A DNA stretch of 25,214 nucleotides from an uncultured virus (IMG/VR IMGVR_UViG_3300030099_002495) (Duplodnaviria > Heunggongvirae > Uroviricota > Caudoviricetes): IMG/VR virus record IMGVR_UViG_3300030099_002495; one strand, written 5' to 3'. Shown here in pieces: positions 18,801 through 25,214 of this stretch. Both the position numbers and the translations under genes were made by a program. Each line of letters starts with the position of its first letter. Positions within the stretch are counted from its first letter, which is position 1. The notes under the pieces were generated by a model, which saw only the letters and a program-made list of their open reading frames with translations, was not told where the DNA came from and did not search any database.

Positions 18801-21800
18801 TACATGATAACTGAAAATGCAGAAGGATTTGGTGCAGCTATAAAGAGGTTCTTTAGAGATCTAATGTATCATATCAAGAACATGCTAGGTATGCGAAGTG
18901 AAATCGAATACTTATTCAGGGACCTAAATAAAAGAGAGTTTACTCAATACACAGCAGAAGAAGCTGCATCTTTATCACAAGCACGAGCACCTAAACTCAG
19001 AGAGAAGAGAGGTTATAACCAAGACCAGGTTAATGAGATTGTAGGTAACATAAACATGAAACTAGCAGGAGCACTAAAAGCTAAGTACGCAAAGATGGCT
19101 GAAGAAGCTAAAGGAGTGACTGAGCTAGAAAGAGATCAGATGCGTGAGAGTTGGAGAGAAGCTTTAACAAAACCATCAGAAATCAAAGGTGCTTATGAGT
19201 CTATAAGACAACAATGGGAAACTGCAGGTAAGAGATTAGTACAAAGCGAGAATGAAAACCAAAAACTAAAAGGTGAGAACGTTATTAATGTAACTAAACC
19301 AGATGTATGGTATGATGTAGTAGATGAGTTTGGTAATGTTATTAGTCCAGGTTTCCAATCACTAGCAGTTCGAAACTTAAGAGCACAATTCGGTGTTAAG
19401 TATGCACTAAAGAAAGGTAATCAAATAAACTATGATAATGCAGTTATTGAAGACCCAGTAACAGATGAAGATGTAGATATTGTAGAAGAAGGATTAAACT
19501 CTAAAGAAAGAATCTTTGGTGTTAACTATTACAATACGCCTGTAAAGCAAACACTATCTAAAGAAATTAAGTTTGAGTTAGGATTTATAGAAGAGCGTAA
19601 CAAGAAAGGAGAAATTGTATATGGTAAAGTATTAGGATTACCTAAGTATATGCAATTTGATGAGGTATATGCATACTTATCAGTTAACTTAGCTAATGTA
19701 CCACAAGGTAAAGTACTTGCTAAGCTTAATGAACTTGCTGATAAAGGACACTTTATGATGCAACAAGTGTTAGATATATATAACAATGCTACGCCACAGT
19801 GGCAAAATAAATTTGTATCACACTTTAACAAACAAAATATTAGGTTTAAGACTCTTATTATTGATGGCAACGGTATTGTAAAAGTTGTACATACAAATAG
19901 AAACGGCCTAGAACAACAGATCATACAGAGATGGGTAGACAATAGAAACGAAACAGAGATTTATAATCCTACTACAGGTAAAGAAGATGCGTTAAATCCT
20001 GCAGCTGTATCTACTCTTAAAGAGTTATATGATAGAACCACACAACTAGCAAGACAAAAAGCTAGCAAGAAAGAATACTTAAGAGCATTTAAAAACACTT
20101 TAGATTATGCAGGTATTAGATTATCAGATGAAGCTTATCTAGCATTGTTTAACGATGACACTGTACAAGTATCGGATCTAAATACTTATATGGTAGGTAA
20201 TAGCTCTTTTGAGTTTATTATGAAAACTCTTATGAAGTTCCAGAATCCTTATATGAAAGGGTCAGCTGAGACCGGGGCCTTAAGAAGACTTGCTTCTTTA
20301 GATGCTTCGTTTAGAATAGATAACTATGCAGCATCATTCTTAAGCGGTGCTAAAAAACCTATCTATGCTATTAATTTAAATACATATGATTCTAAGACTA
20401 CATTAGAATTAAGATCAGATGAGACGTATCAGCAAGCAATAGCAGATAGATTTAGAGATGTCTTCTACAGTCCGAGTGAGACACAAAGACATGTGATACT
20501 AAACTTACTAAACAACTATCCTGAAGTAAGACAAAACTTTAACTTAAGTACATTTGATGTAATTAGAGAAGCAAACAATGCAGGTAAAGCTACAGCTTAT
20601 AACCAAATGAATGATGCTTTATCAGCAATTACAAGATTCTCTATGTTCTATAACAGCGGATTAGATTTTGCTGAGATGAACACAGGAACTAAAGGGGATA
20701 AAACACAGTCAAAATATATAACGTTACCTAAGATAGGACCAAGATCGAGATACGGATTATGGTCTTCAAACCAATTAGGAGAACAAGGTTACATTGATAC
20801 AGCTGTTAGGCTTCTTATGCCTGCTGTATTAGGAGAGATGGCTAGAATATCTAAAACACAGAAACAACTGTTTGGTCCTAATCCTATAAGCCTGAATGAA
20901 GAGATACAATATGTACACTATTTAAAAACTAAAGGGGATAGACAAGGACAAGGTTTAAGATTTGTACAGTTCCCTGAGTTTAATACTCCGGATTTCTTTA
21001 CAGATGATGGTAAATTAAGACAACAAGAATCTGTAGATCAGCTGGCTGTACAACAGGCCCTTATAAAAACTAAACTCGAAGAGTATGTAAAGGCTGAAAT
21101 ACAAAAGACATTAGATACTCTTGTAGATGTAGGGGCCGTAAGCGTAAAAGAAACAGGTGTATATGAAAATGAAAAGTTACCTGCACAAGCGCTAGAAGGA
21201 AAACGTACAGCAACTGAAGGAATAAGACCGGCTTTAATACAATTCGCTATAAATGATATAGTATATAAACCTTATATCAGTACTATATTTGGTCCAGACC
21301 TAGCTTACTATAAGCCAGATGCTAACGGTAATCCTGTAATTGAAGCAGGAAAGAGAGCGTATCAAAGTATTACTCCGGGTATAGATGCTGTATGGAATGA
21401 AGACAAACAGTATGGATTACCATCTAAATTTTCACATGCTATAATAGAAGATATTATAGTAGACAATGAAGAGGGTATACTTAAAATACTTACAGATGCT
21501 AACGTAGATAGCAAAATAGCTAAGCGAATAGCATCTGCATATAAAAGAATTAACTCTACAGATGCACAGGGTTATACTACTCTAGAGTTCCATAAGAAAC
21601 AGATGGAATCAGACGGTAGTTGGTTACCTGAGCACCAGATAGCGTACGAAAAGTACTGGTCAAAAGGATTAATGGGAGATGCTAAAGCAAGAGCATTACT
21701 ATTAGATCCGAGAAAGACTTACTATTTTGGTGAAAGAGTTGTAATAGATTCACAAGGAAATGAGTCTATAGTATATGAACAGATTAAGCACTCTACTATA

Positions 21801-24800
21801 CCATTAGTTAGAGAGTTTACAGAACAATTTAAAGAGGCTCCAGGCGAGAATAAGTTTACACTAAACCAATTACGAATTAGGATGGAAAGAAAAGACAGTC
21901 CTATCGATATGGTGAACTTTGAGTCTGCGGTTAAGATAGGTGCATCAGGCAAGACTACTGCAATAGATCTTGTTAAAGGTAGAGAGATAAAAGTAAACTA
22001 CTTAGAGACGAAGCACTTAAGAAGCCCGCAAGTTATTGAAACAAAAACTAAAGCGCCTCTAGACGGTACACAGATGGCAAAGCTAATCTTAGCTAACATT
22101 AAACCAGATGCTGTTTATAATATGTTTGGTGATACAATGAGTGGTCAAGAAGTTGTAGACTTATACAATAAGGCTTATGCAGAACGTATCATGAGATCTC
22201 ATAATGAATTAGCCAACAAGCTAGGAGTATCAGCTTATCAAGATGCGGTACTTAATAGAGATACAATGACAGAGGATCAGTTCAATAAAGCACAGCTAGA
22301 TTTCTTATTAAGAGTTAGAGATGTAGTTACAAATAGCTTAGAACAAAGAGACTTACCTGATAACTATTATGCGGCATTAGATATACAAAGGTTAGTTAAT
22401 GATGTTAACTCATATGGATTTGAAGCACCATTATCATTCCCACCTTTTGCAAAGAGATTCGAAAGTATATTATTATCATTATTTAAAAACCAAGTACTTA
22501 AGCAGAGAATGAACGGTATGAGTGTAGTTCAGGTAGCTGAGTTTGGGTATAATCTTGATAATAGATTAGCAATAAAACCACATAAGAATGGTGGTGTATA
22601 TGCTGAAGTAGCTCTACCGTATGAGTTAGCTACAAAGATCGGGTTACAACCAGGAGACGTAGTTGAAGACTCTGACATCTATGATTTAATTGGATACAGA
22701 ATTCCTACACAGGGTAAAAACTCTATGCTATCTTTAAAGGTAGTAAAAGTGTTACCGGAAAATATGGGAGGTATCATTATGCTACCTGCAGAGATTACTA
22801 CAATGATGGGATCTGACTTTGATATTGATAAAATGTATTTATTAATGCCGGAGTTAGGTAAGCAGAACCAAAAAATATCTGCATTTGATATAAACAGATA
22901 CAAACAAAAGAATTCTTTTGAAGGACTATCAGATGCAGCGCTTACAAATTTATTATTTGATTTAAGACAAGGTATTATTACGTCTAGAAATCACTTAGTA
23001 GAACAACTAGATCCACTAGACTCTCCTACATACACAACTAAAGTAGAAGAATATGAAAGAAAAGGATTGATTCCTAGTTTATCAGGTATCAACATTAACT
23101 CTTTTGCTGCAGATTTATATTTAGAAAAGATTAATAAAGATGCTAGTCTTCTTATTGGTATCTTCTCTTTACATTCTACAGGTCATTCTATTGCACAGCA
23201 AGTAGGGTTAGAAATAAATCCAGAGTATGCAATTAATATAAGTGCAGGTGGTAAAAAATCACACACATCATTAAGTAATATCGAAGGATTTGATGGCAGA
23301 TTTATATCTAGTTATTTATCAGAAGACCAGAATGAGGCTTTAGATAATGCAAAGCACCAAAGAATTGGTCGTGCGGGAGTAACAGTATATAATAGTGGTG
23401 TAGTAGCGCTTCTTAATAGAGCAGGGTTTAACAATTCTATTACACTAGACTTTATAAATCAACCGATTATCCGTGAGTTCTTGATAAAAAGATACAAAGA
23501 GGATGGTAATGTAACAGACATACAGATTGCAAAAGAAATAGCGAATTCACTTAACTTAGGTATGGAGTTCGACGCGCATAGAAAAGGTGAGATTACATTT
23601 ACCCCTACTGAAAACTATTTATCAGAGTCATTAACGGCTAACTTAATGGACCCGGGTGTAGCAAGAAAGCAGATACAATTATTATCTGACTTTTTAAACT
23701 ATGCAAAAGTAGGTAGAGATTTAGCTTTATTTAATACAGTAGTATCACCTGAGACTCTTAAGAATCTATCTAGGCTTAGCTTTATAGAAAATTATGAAGG
23801 TAAGGTAGAGTACTTAAATGGTTTAGGATCGTCGCTTACTATGGAAAGAAGCACGGAAAGAATCCAAGCTTACCAAAAGTATGGTTTAACATCAGCTGTA
23901 GATTTTGTATCACAGTTTGTACCATACAACTTACCAGGGTTTAAAGAACTTAAGCGTCAAATAGCTTATGCTACAGGACAACAAAACGGCATCTTATCTC
24001 CAGAGTTAGTAGATGTAATAAACTCGATGGGATTATTCTTTGCCTTAACAAGAAAGCAATCTCCATTTGCTTCTATGATATATGAGAACAGACCGGTTGT
24101 AAAAGATTTATTATTTACAAAAGAAAAGTCTTTGGTTTCTCATATGGAGAAAATAAAAAATAAATATAATTTACAAGACGATGTCTTCTTAGGAATGTTG
24201 CACGGACATGAAAGTAATGTAGATGCAAATAATTTCTTCCAGCTTATTGCATTTAACAATACTACAAAGCTAGGAGTAGATCAACTTAATGCAATTACAA
24301 ATAGATGGGCAGAGTTACTAGTAGACCCGAGGCAAGAAGTTAGAACACTAGCACAAAATCTAGCTAAGTACTCAGTACTTACATCAGGATTTATGATGGG
24401 CCCTAATTCATTCGTAGACTTAGTCCCAATGTCATATTGGAAAAGCTCAGGTCTTACAGAATACTTCCGTAAAGAAGAAAGAACAATGTCATATGAGTTC
24501 TACTTTGATAATGCCGCAGAGCAAATCATTAGAAACATGTTTGCTGAGCAAGGACTATTAATGACAGTAGATAGTAAGCAAGTAAATGGATCAGACAACG
24601 TTAGAAAGAACTACAATTTAAATAATAATGAGTACTTTGTACATGATGAATCTAATCCACAACTTATAATAGAAAAAGAAGACGGGTCAGATGGTCATGT
24701 AACTTACTTCAAATCATTTATGGAAGGTAAGTTTAGATTATTTAAACATAGATTCGACACACAAACTGGTGCAGTATACGAAGAGATACAACCATTAGGT

Positions 24801-25214
24801 GAAAGATTTAGACTAGTAGAGATGCAAGCAGATAATGCAGTAGTAGAAAGTATTAATCCTAAAAATACTGTAGTAAATCCTGAAACAGAATCTAGAACAG
24901 ATCTTACATTAGACCAGCAATTAGAAGACGAACAAACTAATCTTACTGATTTATTACAGTTAGACCCACAAGTAAAACAGGCTACATTAAATACATTAGA
25001 CCAAAGAATTGAGCAATGGTTAATGGAGCACTTTGGTATACCAGTAGAAAAATACAACAACTTAAGAGATAAGCTTGGTATAGATGCTATTGGTATGGCA
25101 GACATGTTAAACAAAGTGGTAAAAATAGATAATGAGAGAGACAGGTATACATTACCTGAAGAGGCAGCTCACTTCTTTGTAGAGATGATGGAAGCACCGG
25201 CCATGGAAAGACTA
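12810..25214 (+). CDS. Giant virion polyprotein containing the crAss-type DNA-dependent RNA polymerase, 3'-partial, at least 4135 aa
   Basis: The ATG at 12810 (MSDNNTGNTINF...) is in frame with all downstream motifs and with the last codons (...EAPAMERL). I found no in-frame stop in the stretches I translated, and the ORF track lists no plus-strand ORF after 12787, as expected for an unterminated frame. Motifs: EGIEEQ (14022), WEAFR (18669), TDAQGY (21558), KHSTIPL, FESAVKIG, GYRIPTQG (22692), GSDFDIDK (22809-22832), LDNAK (23340), EEAAH (25158). Confidence 0.93.
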   Translation, partial: MSDNNTGNTINFPTNNSSSELDPITGLPKVNHVQNFSIPSGDWSMMDIINEQTDEGFHSNRYNRPTVVPGNIYDNEDVDWDVRNIGNIDRRLAKDQSGWSQFSAWLNQSVLGEIVGGTMEGFGSLLDAIDGDLMNDYTNDSSSWFDSLAAGLNVTGRDLREWTQEVTPIYSIPTAKKWNPSDSGWWASNGVSVVSTLSLMIPGLAVTRGASMAGRGLRSLNAVTKGMKSAKVNSAIANALTLSRTGKWLTKSTIMGLSMRHMENYREAAQTFDESYDKTYEFFKDQSKLDAFIDSPEGQQMMTELGLDPNSRGLRDAAARYVAGKGAAHSYYANYTNLIFDIAQSALFFRGVGRSTRAGFMGHSKKVKDAQKAILKNPKLPKTKIGKLMERTRRGRNFLFWSGTEGIEEQINFISMQEGIRHGDVLAGNTGYETNPDFAHGSFAQRLNQYYNDGELWTASLMGTIGGGIFTGISNVKNRKAQRERNEAAIKEINNRVDFLRESLKKRQKAQERGDTNAIKEQDELMALEMALNAARSGTTDLLLDMINDPVYEELLQEYGITTENVEAQRAKMKDIILKTEKKFNKYVNKITGTKYSYGLANALTQMDMAVDIYDSLAKAVQEQIDNLSSDNAYNQEQFSLGPNTKRRFELRAQREALLQQIEQMKFARGQAATESTNPNATEQERQEAKDLVSMLDGFMKMAEEELSKTDKETASLKADSKETYEPEAYDAEEKFLNEANTNTESALQQKKRNYVLNRNAAWNKLQDMLNGKWEKDKVDEAFTNDSERDAIEKAIAEGRDDIATSAINEAIKDDFRDFVKDNPNLTEQDIIDFFKEHKDNEEIREYGEEVLERFRTRAQREEYRNAIEELRAQAAEASEEVKSEIDKKVEKLKKDLFDPKISRKESARRTKLEQEFRENKADSNRYLYGEQESQDYLVNELFDGVTKYVPVVWNDKTGMIYRDEQTNELIFREGETNKEFIVNEHLSDKVHRDSKGRFTQGPTLGYLGMLLLRDANLDIQIKADGRTYMVDGEYYNNLESDPSSAIEYDNDANVVSVTLTKWDGTKVTFTNPMIAYELADVIETLEAVKRTRFNDLVKSDFMIVEMQGQEYIVSYQQTDLFTETLVATDINGNPIQEGELNQAVLRRANAMLSAVIQQEINNLKQSYNETKTTQAAPTSRLTDETMQQDEMGQGEVSSQNEKLQVAEVNAAGKTSNSSPAESVTPETVEEQERIIENTERKVNENNPEEEPATSEEAQQQDINVLEIDEATSGKESGQTTAEQARPIETSSNPTTQTNAALRKTYPQAWTKQFMSGMGQYGQYQNIRDKDGNLVEEILSPDGGTAYNIITLDQLTGPQLEAMNNGDPRYQQLYIFEPLLGPENNVQREGDRLLESDKLVPYQINGKPAVRVQIKENAIAASEVFDTELLNSPELGVGTKVVLRIEENWPYFSPTEAGQGVVTIRLASDPNRIISVLSSSQKSQINDKLRRKIAKYRRDFPGKDIPATIAGKTNGYVINIKHKGQSIQQNVSALGTDIVFGIDLGGSGINYNNTNENNFESEFTEQGYLYARIKSASGRYIPVRLTTNKLSEKAIDIILNALVNDTMTAEEKQLLVEQLVYIPRGKNADAQFDLGSKTNKTFAAKFDVTMDNFVIKFPFRGQVIGIQYNMEGKEGNQRNNLASALEGGEFLFKLYDANGKIIPVNGVNVAADGSSGQRVVLRNSKELQIVGDEVKKALKEHLGTKVYNIQKHKINTKEEYLNPLGDTAFANYDTFLREMNIVSTDIPASGQQQFMHSRLYLDVPESVFTPAEKSAPEFLQEDNIELTPVPEPDGEFEVDSSTTPESLSDILGGQPQVEETSEDESTTGEVNEVDPSKDDDFDVKLRQYEEVGPGYDLMTDTEKQWVLSRFGEEALDIVNRVKYMTLKDGRQAWGYYHNGLMTVAQGAIAGTAYWEAFRRIYDLHLTTDEKSAIELEAIEKYGSVADIETKLAEEFKDYMITENAEGFGAAIKRFFRDLMYHIKNMLGMRSEIEYLFRDLNKREFTQYTAEEAASLSQARAPKLREKRGYNQDQVNEIVGNINMKLAGALKAKYAKMAEEAKGVTELERDQMRESWREALTKPSEIKGAYESIRQQWETAGKRLVQSENENQKLKGENVINVTKPDVWYDVVDEFGNVISPGFQSLAVRNLRAQFGVKYALKKGNQINYDNAVIEDPVTDEDVDIVEEGLNSKERIFGVNYYNTPVKQTLSKEIKFELGFIEERNKKGEIVYGKVLGLPKYMQFDEVYAYLSVNLANVPQGKVLAKLNELADKGHFMMQQVLDIYNNATPQWQNKFVSHFNKQNIRFKTLIIDGNGIVKVVHTNRNGLEQQIIQRWVDNRNETEIYNPTTGKEDALNPAAVSTLKELYDRTTQLARQKASKKEYLRAFKNTLDYAGIRLSDEAYLALFNDDTVQVSDLNTYMVGNSSFEFIMKTLMKFQNPYMKGSAETGALRRLASLDASFRIDNYAASFLSGAKKPIYAINLNTYDSKTTLELRSDETYQQAIADRFRDVFYSPSETQRHVILNLLNNYPEVRQNFNLSTFDVIREANNAGKATAYNQMNDALSAITRFSMFYNSGLDFAEMNTGTKGDKTQSKYITLPKIGPRSRYGLWSSNQLGEQGYIDTAVRLLMPAVLGEMARISKTQKQLFGPNPISLNEEIQYVHYLKTKGDRQGQGLRFVQFPEFNTPDFFTDDGKLRQQESVDQLAVQQALIKTKLEEYVKAEIQKTLDTLVDVGAVSVKETGVYENEKLPAQALEGKRTATEGIRPALIQFAINDIVYKPYISTIFGPDLAYYKPDANGNPVIEAGKRAYQSITPGIDAVWNEDKQYGLPSKFSHAIIEDIIVDNEEGILKILTDANVDSKIAKRIASAYKRINSTDAQGYTTLEFHKKQMESDGSWLPEHQIAYEKYWSKGLMGDAKARALLLDPRKTYYFGERVVIDSQGNESIVYEQIKHSTIPLVREFTEQFKEAPGENKFTLNQLRIRMERKDSPIDMVNFESAVKIGASGKTTAIDLVKGREIKVNYLETKHLRSPQVIETKTKAPLDGTQMAKLILANIKPDAVYNMFGDTMSGQEVVDLYNKAYAERIMRSHNELANKLGVSAYQDAVLNRDTMTEDQFNKAQLDFLLRVRDVVTNSLEQRDLPDNYYAALDIQRLVNDVNSYGFEAPLSFPPFAKRFESILLSLFKNQVLKQRMNGMSVVQVAEFGYNLDNRLAIKPHKNGGVYAEVALPYELATKIGLQPGDVVEDSDIYDLIGYRIPTQGKNSMLSLKVVKVLPENMGGIIMLPAEITTMMGSDFDIDKMYLLMPELGKQNQKISAFDINRYKQKNSFEGLSDAALTNLLFDLRQGIITSRNHLVEQLDPLDSPTYTTKVEEYERKGLIPSLSGININSFAADLYLEKINKDASLLIGIFSLHSTGHSIAQQVGLEINPEYAINISAGGKKSHTSLSNIEGFDGRFISSYLSEDQNEALDNAKHQRIGRAGVTVYNSGVVALLNRAGFNNSITLDFINQPIIREFLIKRYKEDGNVTDIQIAKEIANSLNLGMEFDAHRKGEITFTPTENYLSESLTANLMDPGVARKQIQLLSDFLNYAKVGRDLALFNTVVSPETLKNLSRLSFIENYEGKVEYLNGLGSSLTMERSTERIQAYQKYGLTSAVDFVSQFVPYNLPGFKELKRQIAYATGQQNGILSPELVDVINSMGLFFALTRKQSPFASMIYENRPVVKDLLFTKEKSLVSHMEKIKNKYNLQDDVFLGMLHGHESNVDANNFFQLIAFNNTTKLGVDQLNAITNRWAELLVDPRQEVRTLAQNLAKYSVLTSGFMMGPNSFVDLVPMSYWKSSGLTEYFRKEERTMSYEFYFDNAAEQIIRNMFAEQGLLMTVDSKQVNGSDNVRKNYNLNNNEYFVHDESNPQLIIEKEDGSDGHVTYFKSFMEGKFRLFKHRFDTQTGAVYEEIQPLGERFRLVEMQADNAVVESINPKNTVVNPETESRTDLTLDQQLEDEQTNLTDLLQLDPQVKQATLNTLDQRIEQWLMEHFGIPVEKYNNLRDKLGIDAIGMADMLNKVVKIDNERDRYTLPEEAAHFFVEMMEAPAMERL
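16315..16482 (+). CDS. Putative nested +1-frame small basic ORF, 55 aa (MKLKQLKLLLPQDLQMKLCSKTKWDRVKYLHKMRNSKSQKSMRPEKPVTRVQPNQ)
   Basis: ATG 16315 to TAA 16480-16482, preceded by the A/T-rich leader TTAATAATTTAAAACAATCTTACA. The main frame uses atypical C/G-ending codons here. Confidence 0.3.
   Translation: MKLKQLKLLLPQDLQMKLCSKTKWDRVKYLHKMRNSKSQKSMRPEKPVTRVQPNQ
16540..16674 (+). CDS. Putative second nested +1-frame small basic ORF, 44 aa (MRTILKKSLQRQKKRNNKILMFSKLMKLLRVRNQAKQPRNRRDL)
   Basis: ATG 16540 (or TTG 16516) to TAG 16672-16674, in the same frame as the first nested ORF and with the same codon anomaly. Confidence 0.22.
   Translation: MRTILKKSLQRQKKRNNKILMFSKLMKLLRVRNQAKQPRNRRDL
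18603..18806 (+). other. Degenerate zincin-like domain (HExxH replaced by WEAFR)
   Basis: AWGYYHNGLMTVAQGAIAGTAYWEAFRRIY...IETKLAEEFKDYM has the layout of the GTxYHEAFH...EExLAExF zincin found upstream of crAss RNAP cores, but both His ligands are lost. Confidence 0.7.
21549..23354 (+). other. Two-barrel RNA polymerase catalytic core (beta-like and beta'-like DPBB regions in one chain)
   Basis: Beta-like motifs: TDAQGY (aa 2917), QIKHSTIPL and FESAVKIG. Beta'-like motifs: GYRIPTQG (aa 3295) and the metal-binding DFDID (aa 3336-3340, nt 22815-22829), the DxDxD variant known from phi14:2 gp66. These are followed by LDNAK. Confidence 0.92.
25011..25214 (+). other. Second zincin-like domain (EExxH variant), truncated by the window end
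   Basis: EQWLMEHFGIPVEKY...DAIGMADMLNKVVKID...TLPEEAAHFFVEM. The first His of HExxH is replaced by Glu. Confidence 0.6.

Larger units (their letters stand above)
1..25214 (+). mobile_element. Fragment of a crAss-like phage (Crassvirales) genome: tail muzzle, cargo/ejection proteins and virion RNA polymerase module
   Basis: Four co-oriented large ORFs with intergenic gaps of 55, 3 and 22 bp. The order muzzle, cargo, cargo, giant RNAP gene and the GYRIPTQ...GSDFDIDK polymerase signature are characteristic of crAss-like phages. No host genes are seen. Confidence 0.93.

Noticed and set aside
2156..25114. All minus-strand ORFs in the track (62-139 aa)
   Set aside because: They lie antisense to long genes with clear motifs and have the Ser/Leu/Ile/Phe-rich composition of shadow frames, with no recognisable domains.

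Overview
This is an AT-rich, densely coding, all plus-strand fragment of a crAss-like bacteriophage (Crassvirales, probably with a Bacteroidota host), covering the tail and ejection module in standard genetic code 11. It holds four large genes. (1) <1..5286 is a tail muzzle/stabilisation protein (P22 gp10-like), 5'-truncated. (2) 5342..9373 is a cargo protein C1-like internal protein punctuated by about 12 xxxGG motifs and preceded by a consensus Bacteroidota -33/-7 promoter. (3) 9377..12787 is an ejection/cargo protein ending in an M15 (VanY-like) zinc peptidase domain. (4) 12810..>25214 is a giant ORF of at least 4135 aa, absent from the supplied ORF track because it has no stop in the window. 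It joins an ejection-protein N-terminus, a degenerate zincin domain, a single-chain virion RNA polymerase (TDAQGY ... GYRIPTQ ... GSDFDIDK) and a second zincin-like domain. The most notable points are this fused polymerase polyprotein, a possible GG-delimited peptide cassette in the C1-like protein, and two small basic +1-frame ORFs nested in an acidic linker of the giant gene. Family assignments come from motifs I recognised by eye, not from database searches.
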